Assembly: GCA_002269645.1 (NCBI GenBank)
Contig: NIVC01001459.1
Span: 186,001-250,000 of the forward strand
Direction: 5' to 3'
Length of the DNA: 64,000 nt
Origin: Macrostomum lignano
Taxonomy: Eukaryota
The notes beneath the pieces are model-generated. The model did not search any database. It worked only from the letters and a program-made list of their open reading frames with translations, and had not been told where the DNA came from. Shown here piece after piece: positions 43,101-55,061 of the stretch. Every line of letters starts with the position of its first letter. Position 1 is the first letter of the stretch. The position numbers and the translations under genes were made by a program.

Positions 43101-46100
43101 CGATGGACAATGCTGCAGTACATTGTGAACCTGATTGATACTAAAATGCCTGAGTTGAGCGATTTTGATGTGGAATTGAAGCACTGCGAGAAGGCTGCCA
43201 CAGTGAATCTGGATAATGTGAAAGCTGATGGGAATCTGCTGCTGGCTGGGTTCCAACAGGTGAGAATGCCTTTGTTTAGATTTATGAGGTATCTGAGTTT
43301 ATTAATATTCGCATTCAGAATAGATCTAGTCCTATCGGGACTAGGGTATAAAAATGTATCTATTCTATCGACTGAGGTTTCAGAATAGATCTAGGTCTAT
43401 GGAGACTGAGGTTTGAGAATAGATCTCGGTCTATAAAGACTGAGGTTTGAGAATAGATCTGTGTCTATAGAGACTAGGTTGAAGAATAGATCTAGGTCTA
43501 TAGAGACTGAGGTTTGAGAATAGATCTCAGTCAATAGACTGAGATTTGAGAATAGACCTCGGTCTATAGAGACTGAAAGTTTGAGAGTAGATCTCGTCTA
43601 TTCTCTTAAGACTGATGTTTGAGAATAGACCTCGGTCTATAGAGACTGAGGTTTGAGAATAGATCTCGGTCTATAGAGACTGAGGTTTGAGAATAGATCT
43701 CAGTCAATAGACTGAGATTTGAGTATAGACCTCGGTCTATAGAGACTGAAAGTTTGAGAATAGACCTCGGTCTATAGAGACTGAGGTTTGAGAATAGATC
43801 TCGGTCTATAGAGACTGAGGTTTGAGAATAGATCTCGGTCTATAGAGACTGAGGTTTGAGAATAGATCTCAGTCAATAGACTGAGATTTGAGTATAGACC
43901 TCGGTCTATAGAGACTGAAAGTTTGAGAATAGACCTCGGTCTATAGAGACTGAGGTTTGAGAATAGATCTCGGTCTATAGAGACTGAGGTTTGAGAATAA
44001 ATCTCAGTCAATAGACTGAGATTTGAGTATAGACCTCGGTCTATAGAGACTGAAAATTTGAGAATAGATCTCAGTCAATAGACTGAGATTTGAGAATAGA
44101 CCTCCGTCTATAGAGACTGAAAGTTTGAGAGTAGATCTCGTCTATTCTCTTAAGACTGATCTTTGAGAATAGATCTCGGTCTATAGAGACTGAGGTTTGA
44201 GAATCGACCTATTTTATAGAGATTGAGGTTTAAAAATAGATCTATTTTATACACAGAAGTTAAAAAATTTTGTGTCTATAGAGACTGAGGTTTGAGAATA
44301 GATTTCAAATACTGTGTAAAATCTATTGCCAGCAAATAGAGACCACAGCTGAACATCTCATATCTAGACCTGTCAGATACTGAGAATCGATCCGCCAATA
44401 CTCAATCTTCAGCTTCGCGCCTTAGCCGATGAAGAAGCCGCATCAAACGAGGAAGACTCTCCAGATTTGCAACGCCTGACCCAGTTCATTCGGTCCAACC
44501 AGTCCAGAATGGACAAGATGAAAACCGATTTGAAAACAGCGGAGGACTGCTTCAATCTGGCTCGCACCCGATTCGGCGAGGGCATGCAGCAGGTCAGCAC
44601 CGATGCCTTCTTTGGCGTGCTGAGCCGCTTCCAGACTGAGGCTCGTCGGGCCAGACATGAGCTGAAGAAGAGGCGAGAGGCTGAGGCCGCTGCTGAGGAG
44701 AAATCTGCCAAGGTAGGCTTATCTAATTTGTTCATTTAGCTATTTTTATAGTCTAGCTGGAGTTTGGGGGAATTTCTCGAGTGTGGGGTATTTTTCCAAT
44801 TAGGGTTATTATTATTTGTAAAAGTTGGGTATTTTGTCCGGGAGGGGAATTTCGGAAGTGGGAGTATTTTTCTCCGGAAGGGGAATTCCCGGAGTGAGGG
44901 TATTTTGTCCGAGTGAGAGAATTCTCGAACTGGGGGTATTTTATTTTGGAGGGAATTTTCGGAGCCGGAGTATTTCTTCCGGTAGAGAGAAACTCTCGGC
45001 GGGGTATTTTAGGGAGAGAGGAATTCTCGGAGTGGGGAGTATTTTTTCGGGAGGGGGAATTCTCTGAGTGGAGGGGTATTTTATCCGGGAGAGAATTCTC
45101 GGAGTGGGAGTATTTTTTTTTTGCAGTAGAGGGAAATTCCCGGAGTGGGGGTATTTTTTCGGAAGGGGGAATTCTCTAAGTGGAGGGTATTTTTTCCGGG
45201 AGAGAATTCTTGGAGTGGGAGTATGTTTTCGGGTGAGAGGAATTCTTGGAGTGGAGGGGTATTTTTCGGGGTGGGAATTCTCTGAGTAGGGTATTTCGTC
45301 CAGAAGTGGAATTCTCGGACTAGGGGGTATTTTGTCCGGGAGAGGGGAATTCTTGGAGTGTGGGGTGTTTTTTCCGAGGGAAGAATTTCCAGTTTAACGG
45401 GATTCCCAATGTGAGGGGGTATTTTGTCAGCCAGGGGGGCAATGTGGAATTTTCTGAAAGTAGCAGCCACCCACTTTGAATAGATTATACTTAGTGAAAT
45501 TGTATCAATTTAAGAAAGGCATATTATTATTTTTGCCAACTATTTTCAGCAGGGTGACACATTTGATCGGGCAGATATTCAGGTAAAAAAATAAATCTTA
45601 TCTTTATCTATGCTGAAATTATTTAGCGGCTTCTCTGTCTATCTAAGCTGCCAGTACCGGATCATTGTGGTTATTAATTTTATATATAAGGCACTCATTA
45701 AGTATGCAGCTACCTTTATAAATTTAATTGGATTGTTTTAATAGCGCCTCTACGTGGCTTTGTGTGTTGCGCAACACAATAATATTTGATTAACTGTCTG
45801 TCTGTCTGTCTTCACTCCACTTAAAACCTTGCAGCTGTTGCATTATATAATATAATAACTTGGGGCTTCTCATGCTCTTATGGAAGTTTGAGTTCAGTGC
45901 TCCAGATTTTAGGGTCTATCCAATCCAGATTCTAGATCTAGAGAACTCCACGGCTCTTCTCTGTCAGCAGTTTCCATCCAATCCAGATTCTAGATCTAGA
46001 GAACTCCACGGCTCTTCTGTGTCAGCAGTTTCCATCCAATCCAGATTCTAGATCTAGAGAACTCCACGGCTCTTCTGTGTCAGCAGTTTCCATTCAATCC

Positions 46101-48720
46101 AGATTCTAGATCTAGAGAACTCCACGGCTCTTCTGTGTCAGCAGTTTCCATCCAATCCAGATTCTAGATCTAGAGAACTCCACGGCTCTTCTGTGTCAGC
46201 AGTTTCCATCCAATCCAGATTCTAGATCTAGAGAACTCCACGGCTCTTCTGTGTCAGCAGTTTCCATCCAATCCAGATTCTAGATCTAGAGAACTCCACG
46301 GCTCTTCTGTGTCAGCAGTTTCCATCCAATCCAGATTCTAGATCTAGAGAACTCCACGGCTCTTCTGTGTCAGCAGTTTCCATTCAATCCAGATTCTAGA
46401 TCTAGAGAACTCCACGGCTCTTCTGTGTCAGCAGTTTCCATCCAATCCAGATTCTAGATCTAGAGAACTCCACGGCTCTTCTGTGTCAGCAGTTTCCATT
46501 CAATCCAGATTCTAGATCTAGAGAACTCCACGGCTCTTCTGTGTCAGCAGTTTCCATCCAATCCAGATTCTAGATCTAGAGAACTCCACGGCTCATCTGT
46601 GTCAGCAGTTTCCATCCAATCCAGATTCTAGATCTAGAGAACTCCACGGCTCTTCTGTGTCAGCAGTTTCCATCCAATCCAGATTCTAGGTCTAGAAAAC
46701 TTAGAGTATTAAAGTTATTAATATAATATACGTCGTAGAGATAATCCCATGAATGACTCAGCCTTGTGCTACGGTCAGACATTGGGAATTTGAAGTGGTG
46801 TGAAGAAGTCAGTGCGCGTGCCTTAGTGGTTTCCATTTAAATTACAATGGCTGTGCTATTCATAATTTCTAGCTTGTTGATATTTCTAGGGGCCAAGTCC
46901 GTCTGTCTGTCTTGTGCCCATAAAATCTCTTGATTCTGCCAACTTCTATGCTGTGTTTTAATATTGGTTTCTTAGTCAGCTTTCCGCTACTGGGCAGACG
47001 GTTCAGCGAATTATTTATTGTTATTAGCAATCAGTTCCTCTTCTCGGTTTCTGCACCATGCCATGCTTCTTGTATCTTCTCTCCTTTCTCCTCTATCCTC
47101 CCCTTTCCTCTCCTCTCCTCTCTTCTTTCTCCTTTCCTCTCCTCTCTTCTCTCTCCTTTCCTTTCCTCTCCCTTCTTCCCCCCTTCTCTCCTCTCCTCTC
47201 CTCTGCTCTTCTCTCCTCTCCTCCCGTCTCATCTCCTCTCGTCTCGTCTCCTCTTCTCTCCTCTCCTCTCCTCTCCTCTCCTCTCCTCTCCTCTCCTCTC
47301 CTCTCTTATTTGTGGCATTCCATTCTCTAATTTTCCTTTCGCCACGCAGCCACTCCCCAAACAAAGTAGAGTTTTAATTAGGCAAATTCAACCCATCATG
47401 CCATGCCGCCCACTGCTCGCTGGGCCCATATGAACAAACCATTTGCGTCAGTCGTAAAACAGTCGTAGAAAGGGCCCTTTCTGCCGCCAATGTTTGCTGA
47501 AATAGCAGCTCAACACAGTAGCATTATTGGCATTATAAAAATAGTTTTCAGTTCCTGATTACGTAATCTCCTTTTAATAAATGCAAACAGTAGCTTCTCT
47601 GACTGCTTCTCAAATCACTAGGAAATTTTTAAAGGCAATATTTTTGAGTGATTTAGTTACTACTCATGACTTTACACTAGTAGTAATGTATACATTTAGA
47701 TACAAAATTAAGAGTCGTATTGATATTGTAATATTACATTTGTTAATTATAAATTACTATAGTTGACTTTGCAAATGATTATTTGATGACGCAATAACGT
47801 GCCATTTTGATGATTATTTGATGACGCAATAACGTGCCATTTTGATGATTATTTGATGACGCAATAACGTGCCATTTTGATGATTATTTGATGACGCAAT
47901 AATGTGCCATTTTGATGATTATTTGATGACGCAATAACGTGCCATTTTGATGATTATTTGCTGACGCAATAATGTGCCATTTTGATGATTATTTGATGAC
48001 GCAATAATGTGCCATTTTGATGATTATTTGATGACGCAACAATGTGCCTTTTTGATGATTATTTGATGACGCAACAATGTGCCATTTTGATGATTATTTG
48101 ATGACGCAACAATGTGCCATTTTGATGATTATTTGATGACGCAACAATGTGCCTTTTTGATGATTATTTGATGACGCAACAATGTGCCATTTTGATGATT
48201 ATTTGATGACGCAACAATGTGCCTTTTTGATTATTATTTGATGACGCAACAATGTGCCATTTTGATGATTATTTGATGACGCAACAATGTGCCATTTTGA
48301 TGATTATTTGATGACGCAATAATGTGCCTTTTTGATGATTATTTGATGACGCAATAATGTGCCTTTTTGATGATTATTTGATGACGCAATAATGTGCCAT
48401 TTTTTCTAGATTATTCTCTTAGACTCTTTTTCGATACAGACTGCATTTTGAAAGTTTCCACTGTGCTTACATTGCGATTTAGTTCCATAGTAACTAATGG
48501 AAACTATCAAACTATAAAAATATTTTGCGTTTCTTTTCCCCAGCGCAAACTGGCAGAGGAGCTGAGCCAGCGGACGCGCAAGCACACGCGTACCATTCAA
48601 GACGGCGCCCTTGACAACATCATGTCGGACTTCAATCGAGGCGCTCTGCTAGTTGACGACGGTTTTAAACGGAAGCGGAAAACTGCCGCGAATACTGGAG
48701 AGCCGGTGGCTGCTCAGTGA
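30737..48720 (+). CDS. FMNL: Formin-like protein (FMNL/FRL family): GBD/FH3, coiled coil, FH1 poly-Pro, FH2, DAD; 9 exons, about 1109 aa
   Basis: Exons 30737-31137, 32451-32531, 37618-38035, 38739-39214, 39728-40367, 41574-41969, 42819-43259, 44413-44712, 48544-48720. All GT-AG with consistent phases (3330 nt). Motifs: SLENSLRT, TKTLVLELLAALC, LRVFLQSEFSQLGLD, poly-Pro, LPMLNW, LEIILAIGNYFN, GFRLASL..DVKS, DGALDNIMSDF. Confidence 0.93.
31195..31450. repeat. 23-bp minisatellite (gggtctttgttccgtgtagtttc)
   Basis: 23-nt period, FMNL intron 1. Confidence 0.85.
31880..32405. repeat. 22-bp minisatellite TGCCATTTGTCAGAATCATAAA
   Basis: 22-nt period, ends about 45 nt before the exon 2 acceptor. Confidence 0.95.
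32451..32531 (+). CDS. FMNL: FMNL exon 2
   Basis: WLEQFIEEGGLDLLIEYM; cacag| acceptor and ag|gtaaag donor. Confidence 0.85.
32910..33595. repeat. 22-bp minisatellite TCTGATCTCTATCTGCCGTCTG
   Basis: 22-nt period. Confidence 0.95.
34005..35990. repeat. 22-bp minisatellite TCTCTGTGATCTCTATCTACAG, about 90 copies
   Basis: 22-nt period; shares GATCTCTATCT with the neighbouring array. Confidence 0.97.
36791..37555. repeat. 33-bp minisatellite GTGAGATTCTTAGACTGACCCGAAACTGCAGGG, about 23 copies
   Basis: 33-nt period. Confidence 0.95.
37618..38035 (+). CDS. FMNL: FMNL exon 3
   Basis: ..LHNGIKCMRVFFNNQ; accag| acceptor and cag|gtgaga donor. Confidence 0.85.
38055..38580. repeat. 21-bp minisatellite TCTAGTCTCACCCTGCCGGTC
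   Basis: Begins about 20 nt after the exon 3 donor. Confidence 0.9.
38739..39214 (+). CDS. FMNL: FMNL exon 4 (FH3)
   Basis: TKTLVLELLAALC..EFMISCARFINIV..SEFSQLGLD; tgcag| acceptor and ag|gtgagt donor. Confidence 0.9.
39225..39655. repeat. 31-bp minisatellite (gcgccacaatctagacttcagcgaaaatcaa)
   Basis: 31-nt period; fills FMNL intron 4. Confidence 0.9.
39728..40367 (+). CDS. FMNL: FMNL exon 5 (coiled coil, FH1, FH2 lasso)
   Basis: Poly-Gln, two poly-Pro tracts, RLPMLNWTAIP; cgcag| acceptor and cag|gttggt donor. Confidence 0.9.
40440..41530. repeat. 26-27 bp minisatellite (ctaattaagctcccttcacaaaaccc)
   Basis: Fills FMNL intron 5. Confidence 0.93.
41574..41969 (+). CDS. FMNL: FMNL exon 6 (FH2)
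   Basis: IDLDDLEDKF..LLSHDRFRNLAV..LPSDEE; tgcag| acceptor and cag|gtgagg donor. Confidence 0.9.
42040..42700. repeat. 30-bp minisatellite (taggatttaggagagtttagttactaaatt)
   Basis: Fills FMNL intron 6. Confidence 0.88.
42170..42223 (+). mobile_element. 54-bp 5'-truncated 3' end of a related LOA-type LINE inside FMNL intron 6
   Basis: cgcctcctcgctgc..ctgcagctaagtcaagtaagtcaa matches the 3' end of the 9021-14857 element; flanked by a 13-bp duplication gagtttagttact (42157-69 / 42224-36). Confidence 0.8.
42819..43259 (+). CDS. FMNL: FMNL exon 7 (FH2 post)
   Basis: VPRLERRL..VLEIILAIGNYFN..GFRLASL; atcag| acceptor and cag|gtgaga donor. Confidence 0.9.
43385..44300. repeat. 34-bp minisatellite (gagactgaggtttgagaatagatctcggtctata)
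   Basis: Fills FMNL intron 7. Confidence 0.9.
44413..44712 (+). CDS. FMNL: FMNL exon 8 (FH2 end)
   Basis: RFGE..STDAFFGVLSRF; ttcag| acceptor and aag|gtaggc donor. Confidence 0.88.
44770..45400. repeat. Degenerate ~32-bp G-rich repeat (ggggaattctcggagtggggagtatttttt)
   Basis: Recurring gaattc..gagtgg core. Confidence 0.75.
45905..46690. repeat. 58-bp tandem repeat containing the palindrome TCTAGATCTAGA
   Basis: gtcagcag at 45963 and 46021. Confidence 0.95.
47070..47310. repeat. (CTCCT)n pyrimidine tract
   Basis: Low-complexity CT. Confidence 0.85.
47775..48400. repeat. 35-bp minisatellite (atttgatgacgcaataatgtgccattttgatgatt)
   Basis: 35-nt period. Confidence 0.95.
48544..48720 (+). CDS. 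FMNL: FMNL last exon (DAD + basic tail)
   Basis: QDGALDNIMSDFNRG..KRKRK; cccag| acceptor, TGA at 48718-48720. Confidence 0.85.
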   Translation, partial: RKLAEELSQRTRKHTRTIQDGALDNIMSDFNRGALLVDDGFKRKRKTAANTGEPVAAQ

Positions 48721-48869
48721 TTTCTGTGAATAGTTTTTTTTGCTACTGTTGACTAAATTACTGACTTTGGTGAAACTTTGAAAATTTGTAAATCCATGAT
48801 TGTTTTGTGTGAAGCTGAATAAGTTTTTACAATCTATGAATTATGGAGAATTCAGGAATTAATTCAGTA

Positions 48870-49590
48870 ATTTGGTGAATCCATAAAATTGGTGAATCGA
48901 TTAAATCAGTGAATTCAGGAATTTGGTGAATGCGGTAAATTGGTAAATCGGTTAAATCAGTGAATTCAGGAATTTGGTGAATCCATAAAATTGGTGAATC
49001 AATTAAATCAGTGAATTCAGGAATTTGGTGAATCGATTAAATCTGTGAATTCAGGAATTTGGTGAATCCATAAAATTGGTGAATCGATTAAATCAGTGAA
49101 TTCAGGAATTTGGTGAATCGATTAAATCAGTGAATTCAGGAATTTGGTGAATTCATAAAATTGGTGAATCGATTAAATCAGTGAATTCAGGAATTTGGTG
49201 AATCGATTAAATCAGTGAATTCAGGAATTTGGTGAATTCATAAAATTGGTGAATCGATTAAATCAGTGAATTCAGGAATTTGGTGAATCGATTAAATCTG
49301 TGAATTCAGGAATTTGGTGAATTCATAAAATTGGTGAATCGATTAAACCAGTGAATTCAAAAATTGGTGAATCGATTAAATCAGTGAATTCAGGAACTTG
49401 GTGAATCCAAAAAAATTGTGAATCGATTAAATCTGTGAATTCAGGAATTTGGTGAATCCATGAAATTGGTGAATTGAATAAATCAGTGAATTCAGGAATT
49501 TGGTGAATCCATAAAATTGGTGAATCGATTAAATCAATTAATTCAGGAATTTGGTGAATGCGGTAAATTGGTGAATCGATTAAATCCGTT
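48870..49590. repeat. Composite ~34/52-bp repeat (tggtgaatcgattaaatcagtgaattcaggaatt)
   Basis: Starts about 150 nt after the FMNL stop codon. Confidence 0.9.
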
Positions 49591-50499
49591 AATTCACGAA
49601 ATTAGTTATTCATAAAAATCATGGAAACAATGACTTTAATTTTTTCCACTGTTATTAATATTGTTACAAACAAAAGTTTCTGTGAATGCGTGAATTATCT
49701 ATGTGAATAAACTTATAATGTTCATGTCGCACTATTCTAAATTCACAATTCAAGCCTCTCAGTTCTTCCAACATTTAACAGATATCAATGCAATACAATG
49801 GGTCCCATGATTGGCCCAGTTGACCGTAATTAATTTCGTTTGTTAATTCTTCTTTTCGATTTTTTTCCTGTATGCGCGTTTTTCACGCAAAAAAAATTAA
49901 CAATGGTTGTCATTTTTCACCAGCCTTTTTCTACAAGATAGTTGTTAGCTTCTAGTGTCTATTTTTATATCTCTATTTACCGAGCAAATTTCATTTACAA
50001 TACTCGTATCAGCCTACTTGTACCTACTTCAGCAGTAGTGTAGTCGACATGTTTATTGTTTTCTGTATTTTGTTGCCGAAAAGAAATCGACAATAATATT
50101 TAATTTAGAAGTTTCATTTTTTCTGCATACTACTACTGATCGAATGTAAGTAGCTTGTTGAGGGGATGTTTTTTGTATGATTAGTGCCTATTTATTTATT
50201 AAGGTTTCAATATGCACCGCTATTTAGTTTTTGTGTGCAGCATATCGTCACCGGCTGGCCTGTACATAACTTACTCTTATGGTTGAGGCTCCTGTGTGCA
50301 TGTCAAAAAATTGATAAACTTTCTTATATATCTATCAGTTTATATAAATTCTTTCAATTCCTAACTGCGTTGTTTTACCTCATTAAAACAGGAAAATTAT
50401 GTTTATTTGATTATTAACTATTTTGATTCCTAATCTGTAAGCTTGGCTTATGATATGCATATAGGCCTTGCACACTGCTTTCTGACCAAATATGAGTTT

Positions 50500-50960
50500 T
50501 TCTGTGACCCGTTGACCTTTGGCCCCGTTGCACTGTGCCCCACTGACCTTTGACTTGTCCCACTGTGACGCATTGACCTTTTATTCGTTCCACTGTGACC
50601 CATTGACCTTTGACCCCGTTGCACTGTGATGACCCATTGACCTTTGACCCGTTCCAGTTTGATGACTCATTGACCTTTAACACGTTCCACTGTTGACCCG
50701 TTGACCTTTGACCCGTTCTAATGTGATCACTCATTGACCTTTAACACGTTCCACTGTGACCCGTTGACCTTTGACCCCGTTCCAATGTGATCACTCATTG
50801 ACCTTTGACCCCGTTGCATTGTGACCCGTTGACCTTTGACCCCGTTGCACTGGACCCATTAACCTTTAACCCCATTGCACCGTGACCCATTGACCTTTGA
50901 CCCGTTCCATTGGGGCCCATTGATGTTCAACCCATATTTGACCCGTTTGTTTGCGACCCA
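50500..50960. repeat. Degenerate repeat (tgacccgttgacctttgaccccgtt)
   Basis: Recurring ttgacc motif. Confidence 0.75.
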
Positions 50961-51539
50961 TTGACCCGTTATAGTGACCCGCTAAAATCGACAACTATTG
51001 TATCACGGCATAATATACTAAAGATATTGGCCTGTCAATATTATCTTAAATTCAGTAGTATGCCTATGTAATCAGTGTTCTCTGTGTTAAGAAAATTGTT
51101 TATGAGCAATTCCTACTCCACCTCTGTAGAACTATTTCTATCAATATAGAATTGTTATGCTGTTAATCATGAGCGAGTATTTCATCAGGTCTTGCTTCGA
51201 GAACAATATATTCTATCCGTTGATAATTTAGTTAGTATTACTGGAATATCGTGTGGACTTTTTCCTAACTAAAACAAAAAATATATCTTACAGTTTTGCT
51301 CGTTTGTTCAACGGGTAAAGTTTTCTGAAACTGTGCTGTTCTCGCGAATTCGCTTATTGACTGAAAAATTGGAAATCGACTTTGTGTATTCATTTCGGGA
51401 CGACAAACAAATGAAAATGCCTAAATAATTCGCTAATCTTCTGATTGGAGCTCATTGCTCAAGTCCTGAAAATATTATTTCCTTAGTAAACTTTTCCTGC
51501 TTGTTGATATTTAGTTAGTCAGTTGGTTAGGGTAATTAC

Positions 51540-51604
51540 TTTGTTAGTTATTTGGTTAGTTAATTAGTTAGTCAGTTAGCTAGTTAGTTAGTTAGTCAGT
51601 TAGC

Positions 51605-51640
<36 letters not shown>

Positions 51641-51705
51641 CAGTTAGTTAGTTAGTTAGTTAGTTAGTCAGTCAGTCAGTTAGTCAGTTAGTCAGTTAGT
51701 TAGTC

Positions 51706-51736
<31 letters not shown>

Positions 51737-51981
51737 CAGTCAGTCAGTTAGTCAGTTAGTTAGTTAGTTAGTTAGTTAGTCAGTCAGTCAGTTAGTCAGT
51801 TAGTCAGTTAGTCAGTTAGTTAGTTAGTTAGTTAGTTAGTCAGTTAGTCAGTTAGTTAGTCAGTCAGTTAGTCAGTTAGTTAGTTAGTTAGTCAGTTAGT
51901 CAGTTAGTTAGTCAGTCAGTCAGTTAGTCAGTTAGTCAGTTAGTCAGTTAGTTAGTTAGTTAGCCAGTTAGTTAGTCAGTC

Positions 51982-52028
<47 letters not shown>

Positions 52029-52085
52029 CAGTTAATTAGTCAGTTAGTTAGTCAGTCAGTCAGTTAGTTACTCAGTTAGTTAGCT
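51540..52085. repeat. (TTAG/TCAG)n compound microsatellite
   Basis: Tetramer array. Confidence 0.95.
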
Positions 52086-52709
52086 AGGTAATTAGTCCTT
52101 AGGTAGCTGAAGACCTGACCGAAATGTACATGTATAGCAGCCATAACTATATCCAATAGCAGTGTTCAGGAAGGAGAGCTATTATGCATGAAATTGCAGC
52201 TGAATGTATTGCTTACATTTATGCTTATATATACAATTGATATCAGTTTGCAAATCTCAGCTTGCGTGCAGTTAACTTGAACTGTTGAAGTCAAAATTGC
52301 CTGTCTACACTGAATAAACAGCGCAGTTGCTGTGAGTGAATTCAGCATCAGAAACATTTTTGCTGCCAAATAAATTATTTAACTGCTAAATATATATTTA
52401 TTAGGGGTGTCTTCCTGCGGACATGGCTTACCAAGAAAACTTTATCTTGATAAACTCTTTCTGCGACAATTTGACTGTTGTCACAATTCCACAAGGTGAA
52501 CCAGCCCCAAAAGGCACAGATCGAGATTGTACACGCCTGAAAGTCAAAGAATCCAAACTAAGAAATGCTAGGAAACTTCCGATCGGTTGTGTCGGTGTCG
52601 AGTACATCGTAAGCCAAAGCGGTATCGGTAATTAAGGGGGTTTATGTACATCCTGGCGCACTTTAACCGACATTGTCACAACCGACGAGAGACATTACTG
52701 CCCATTCCG

Positions 52710-52870
52710 CCGACCCCCCCCCCCCTGAGCAGGCACACAAGCGCGCGGATACGTACGCAGTCATACGCACAGGTACACACTCAGACAGGGAGTGTACATC
52801 GGCCCTACTAAACTTTATTTATCGTTAGGCATGTACACTTCACTGTGCCTTGGGGGGGGGGGGGGGTCGG
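52710..52870. repeat. Fold-back element with C12/G15 homopolymer arms
   Basis: ccgac-C12..aggcaca versus tgtgcct-t-G15-tcgg; inner agtgtacat/atgtacact. Confidence 0.55.
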
Positions 52871-53007
52871 TCCTCAAGGGCGTTAATTGCACGAGCAGAG
52901 CCAAGCCGAGATTCCAATTTTAGCCCAATATATTAATGTGGCTGCACTTGGAATCGAGCCGTTGACCGTTATTACTTATCATTAAGTATTAATCATCATG
53001 CTTATGA

Positions 53008-53190
53008 GGGGGGTCGCCACACACACCCTCAATTACCCCAGCTAATGCTGGCGCCCATTTTACAGCTGGGTGAACTGAAGCAATGCAGAATTAAGTATCT
53101 TGCTCAAGGACACAAATTGTTCCGAGTTGGTCAAGAATCGAACCCCCGACCCTTTAGTCGTGAGTCCGACGCTCTAACCACTAGGCTGCA
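53008..53190 (-). mobile_element. tRNA-derived CORE-type SINE, copy 2
   Basis: Aligns end to end with 627-812 with scattered substitutions. Confidence 0.85.
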
Positions 53191-54139
53191 ACCCCTCCCC
53201 ACTAAGTGAACCCACTGAGCCAGTCAATGATTACAATTGGATCATAATAGCCTAGAAATACGCATACAAGTCATGACCAAGTCCAGAGGGTAAGAAACAC
53301 TGCCAATATTATGCTTAAGAAATGCCTGAAAATCTAAAAATGTGAGTGCTCAGCATTCTTCTGCTTTTACGAGATGGAGCTGGGCGTATAAACCTTCCAT
53401 ACTTTGTAGCAGTCCCTCTCTCTCCTCAAAGTGTACAGACATTGGCAGCATGCTCAAAAAAGATTCCCCAACCCCCATCCCAGGGAGGCCGTGATGAGGC
53501 CTGTAAGTGATGGGGAAAATTTTGGTAAGCACGCTTCGAAATTTCGTCCCTCCATCCCACTTGCCTTACCTTCCCTCGCCCTCCTCACTGACCAGCGGCC
53601 TCTGTACACAGGCAGGGAGTGGATAAGATAAAGCTTAAAAATCCTTAGTTCTTGCTTTGCGAATTGCTTCAATGAAGGAAGCACATTGTGATAGCGGCCT
53701 AAGTAAACGGCCTTCATAAGAAAGCTCAAAGGATCGCTACACTCTTGGCGGTAGGTTTGAAAAATGCAACATTTTGTGATACACTAGAAAATTTGTCTAA
53801 TTCGTTACATTTTTGGTTTTGAAGCAAGCAAAGAAAAGAGGCTCTGTCGAATATCCAAAATCGTAGTTTAATTAGTAGTTGAAAGTGCGCCAGGCAAATC
53901 CCTAAATTCTTTGTTGGTTTAACAATAAAAAAATCATACGATTTTTCAACTTGATTTGCCCCTATGCTCAGGTTTTAGTCATCTATTGCTTTGGAAACTT
54001 CAAGATTGAGATCTTACGTTAAAAATATTCTCTCCATTCTACATAATACATGCCTACACAGAAGTATATATTAGCGTTTCCTTGTGTTATTTTGAGTCAC
54101 TTTTTGCCTTGCACACTGATTCCTATCACCGGAACATAC

Positions 54140-54500
<361 letters not shown>

Positions 54501-55061
54501 TCTCATAATAACCCTGAGGAACAATATACAATATTCGAAGTATCGGAACTTCGCTTAAAACATCTGCATTACCGTCCAAGGATTTCTCTATAACTAGAAC
54601 CTGGATGAGAAACCAAAGTAAAAAAGTTTTTTTATGTGTACCAACTTAGGCCTTCAGCTAAAATGAATATTTTGCTGGGGAGACTCGATCTGTTCATCTC
54701 TCCCTAACCCTTTCTTCTCTTCCCCCAATTGTTCCCATTCATCCCATAACCTTCGAACACTGTTGGAACCCAAATGACTCAACAACCTCCGCTAGCAATG
54801 GGTCGCTCATTGTGAGTTTTCGGACAGCAGGGTAAGACACTGTGCATTGCATTGATGAAGGAAATGAGGAATGGACATACAGAAGTTTGATGAGGAAGAC
54901 TTTTTGGCCCCTCATTTTTCCACTGACTAATTTTGCGAGTACATTCTTCGTCAGAGTCTTCTCTGGCAAATAAATTTGACAGCCAAAGCTCGGAAGCCGT
55001 TCGAATTTTCAACGCAAATATATATCCACCATACTATATCTTTTCTAAAACTCCAAAATCA

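Noticed and set aside
51540-52085. Interstitial telomeric repeat
   Set aside because: Unit is TTAG/TCAG, not TTAGGG or TTAGG.
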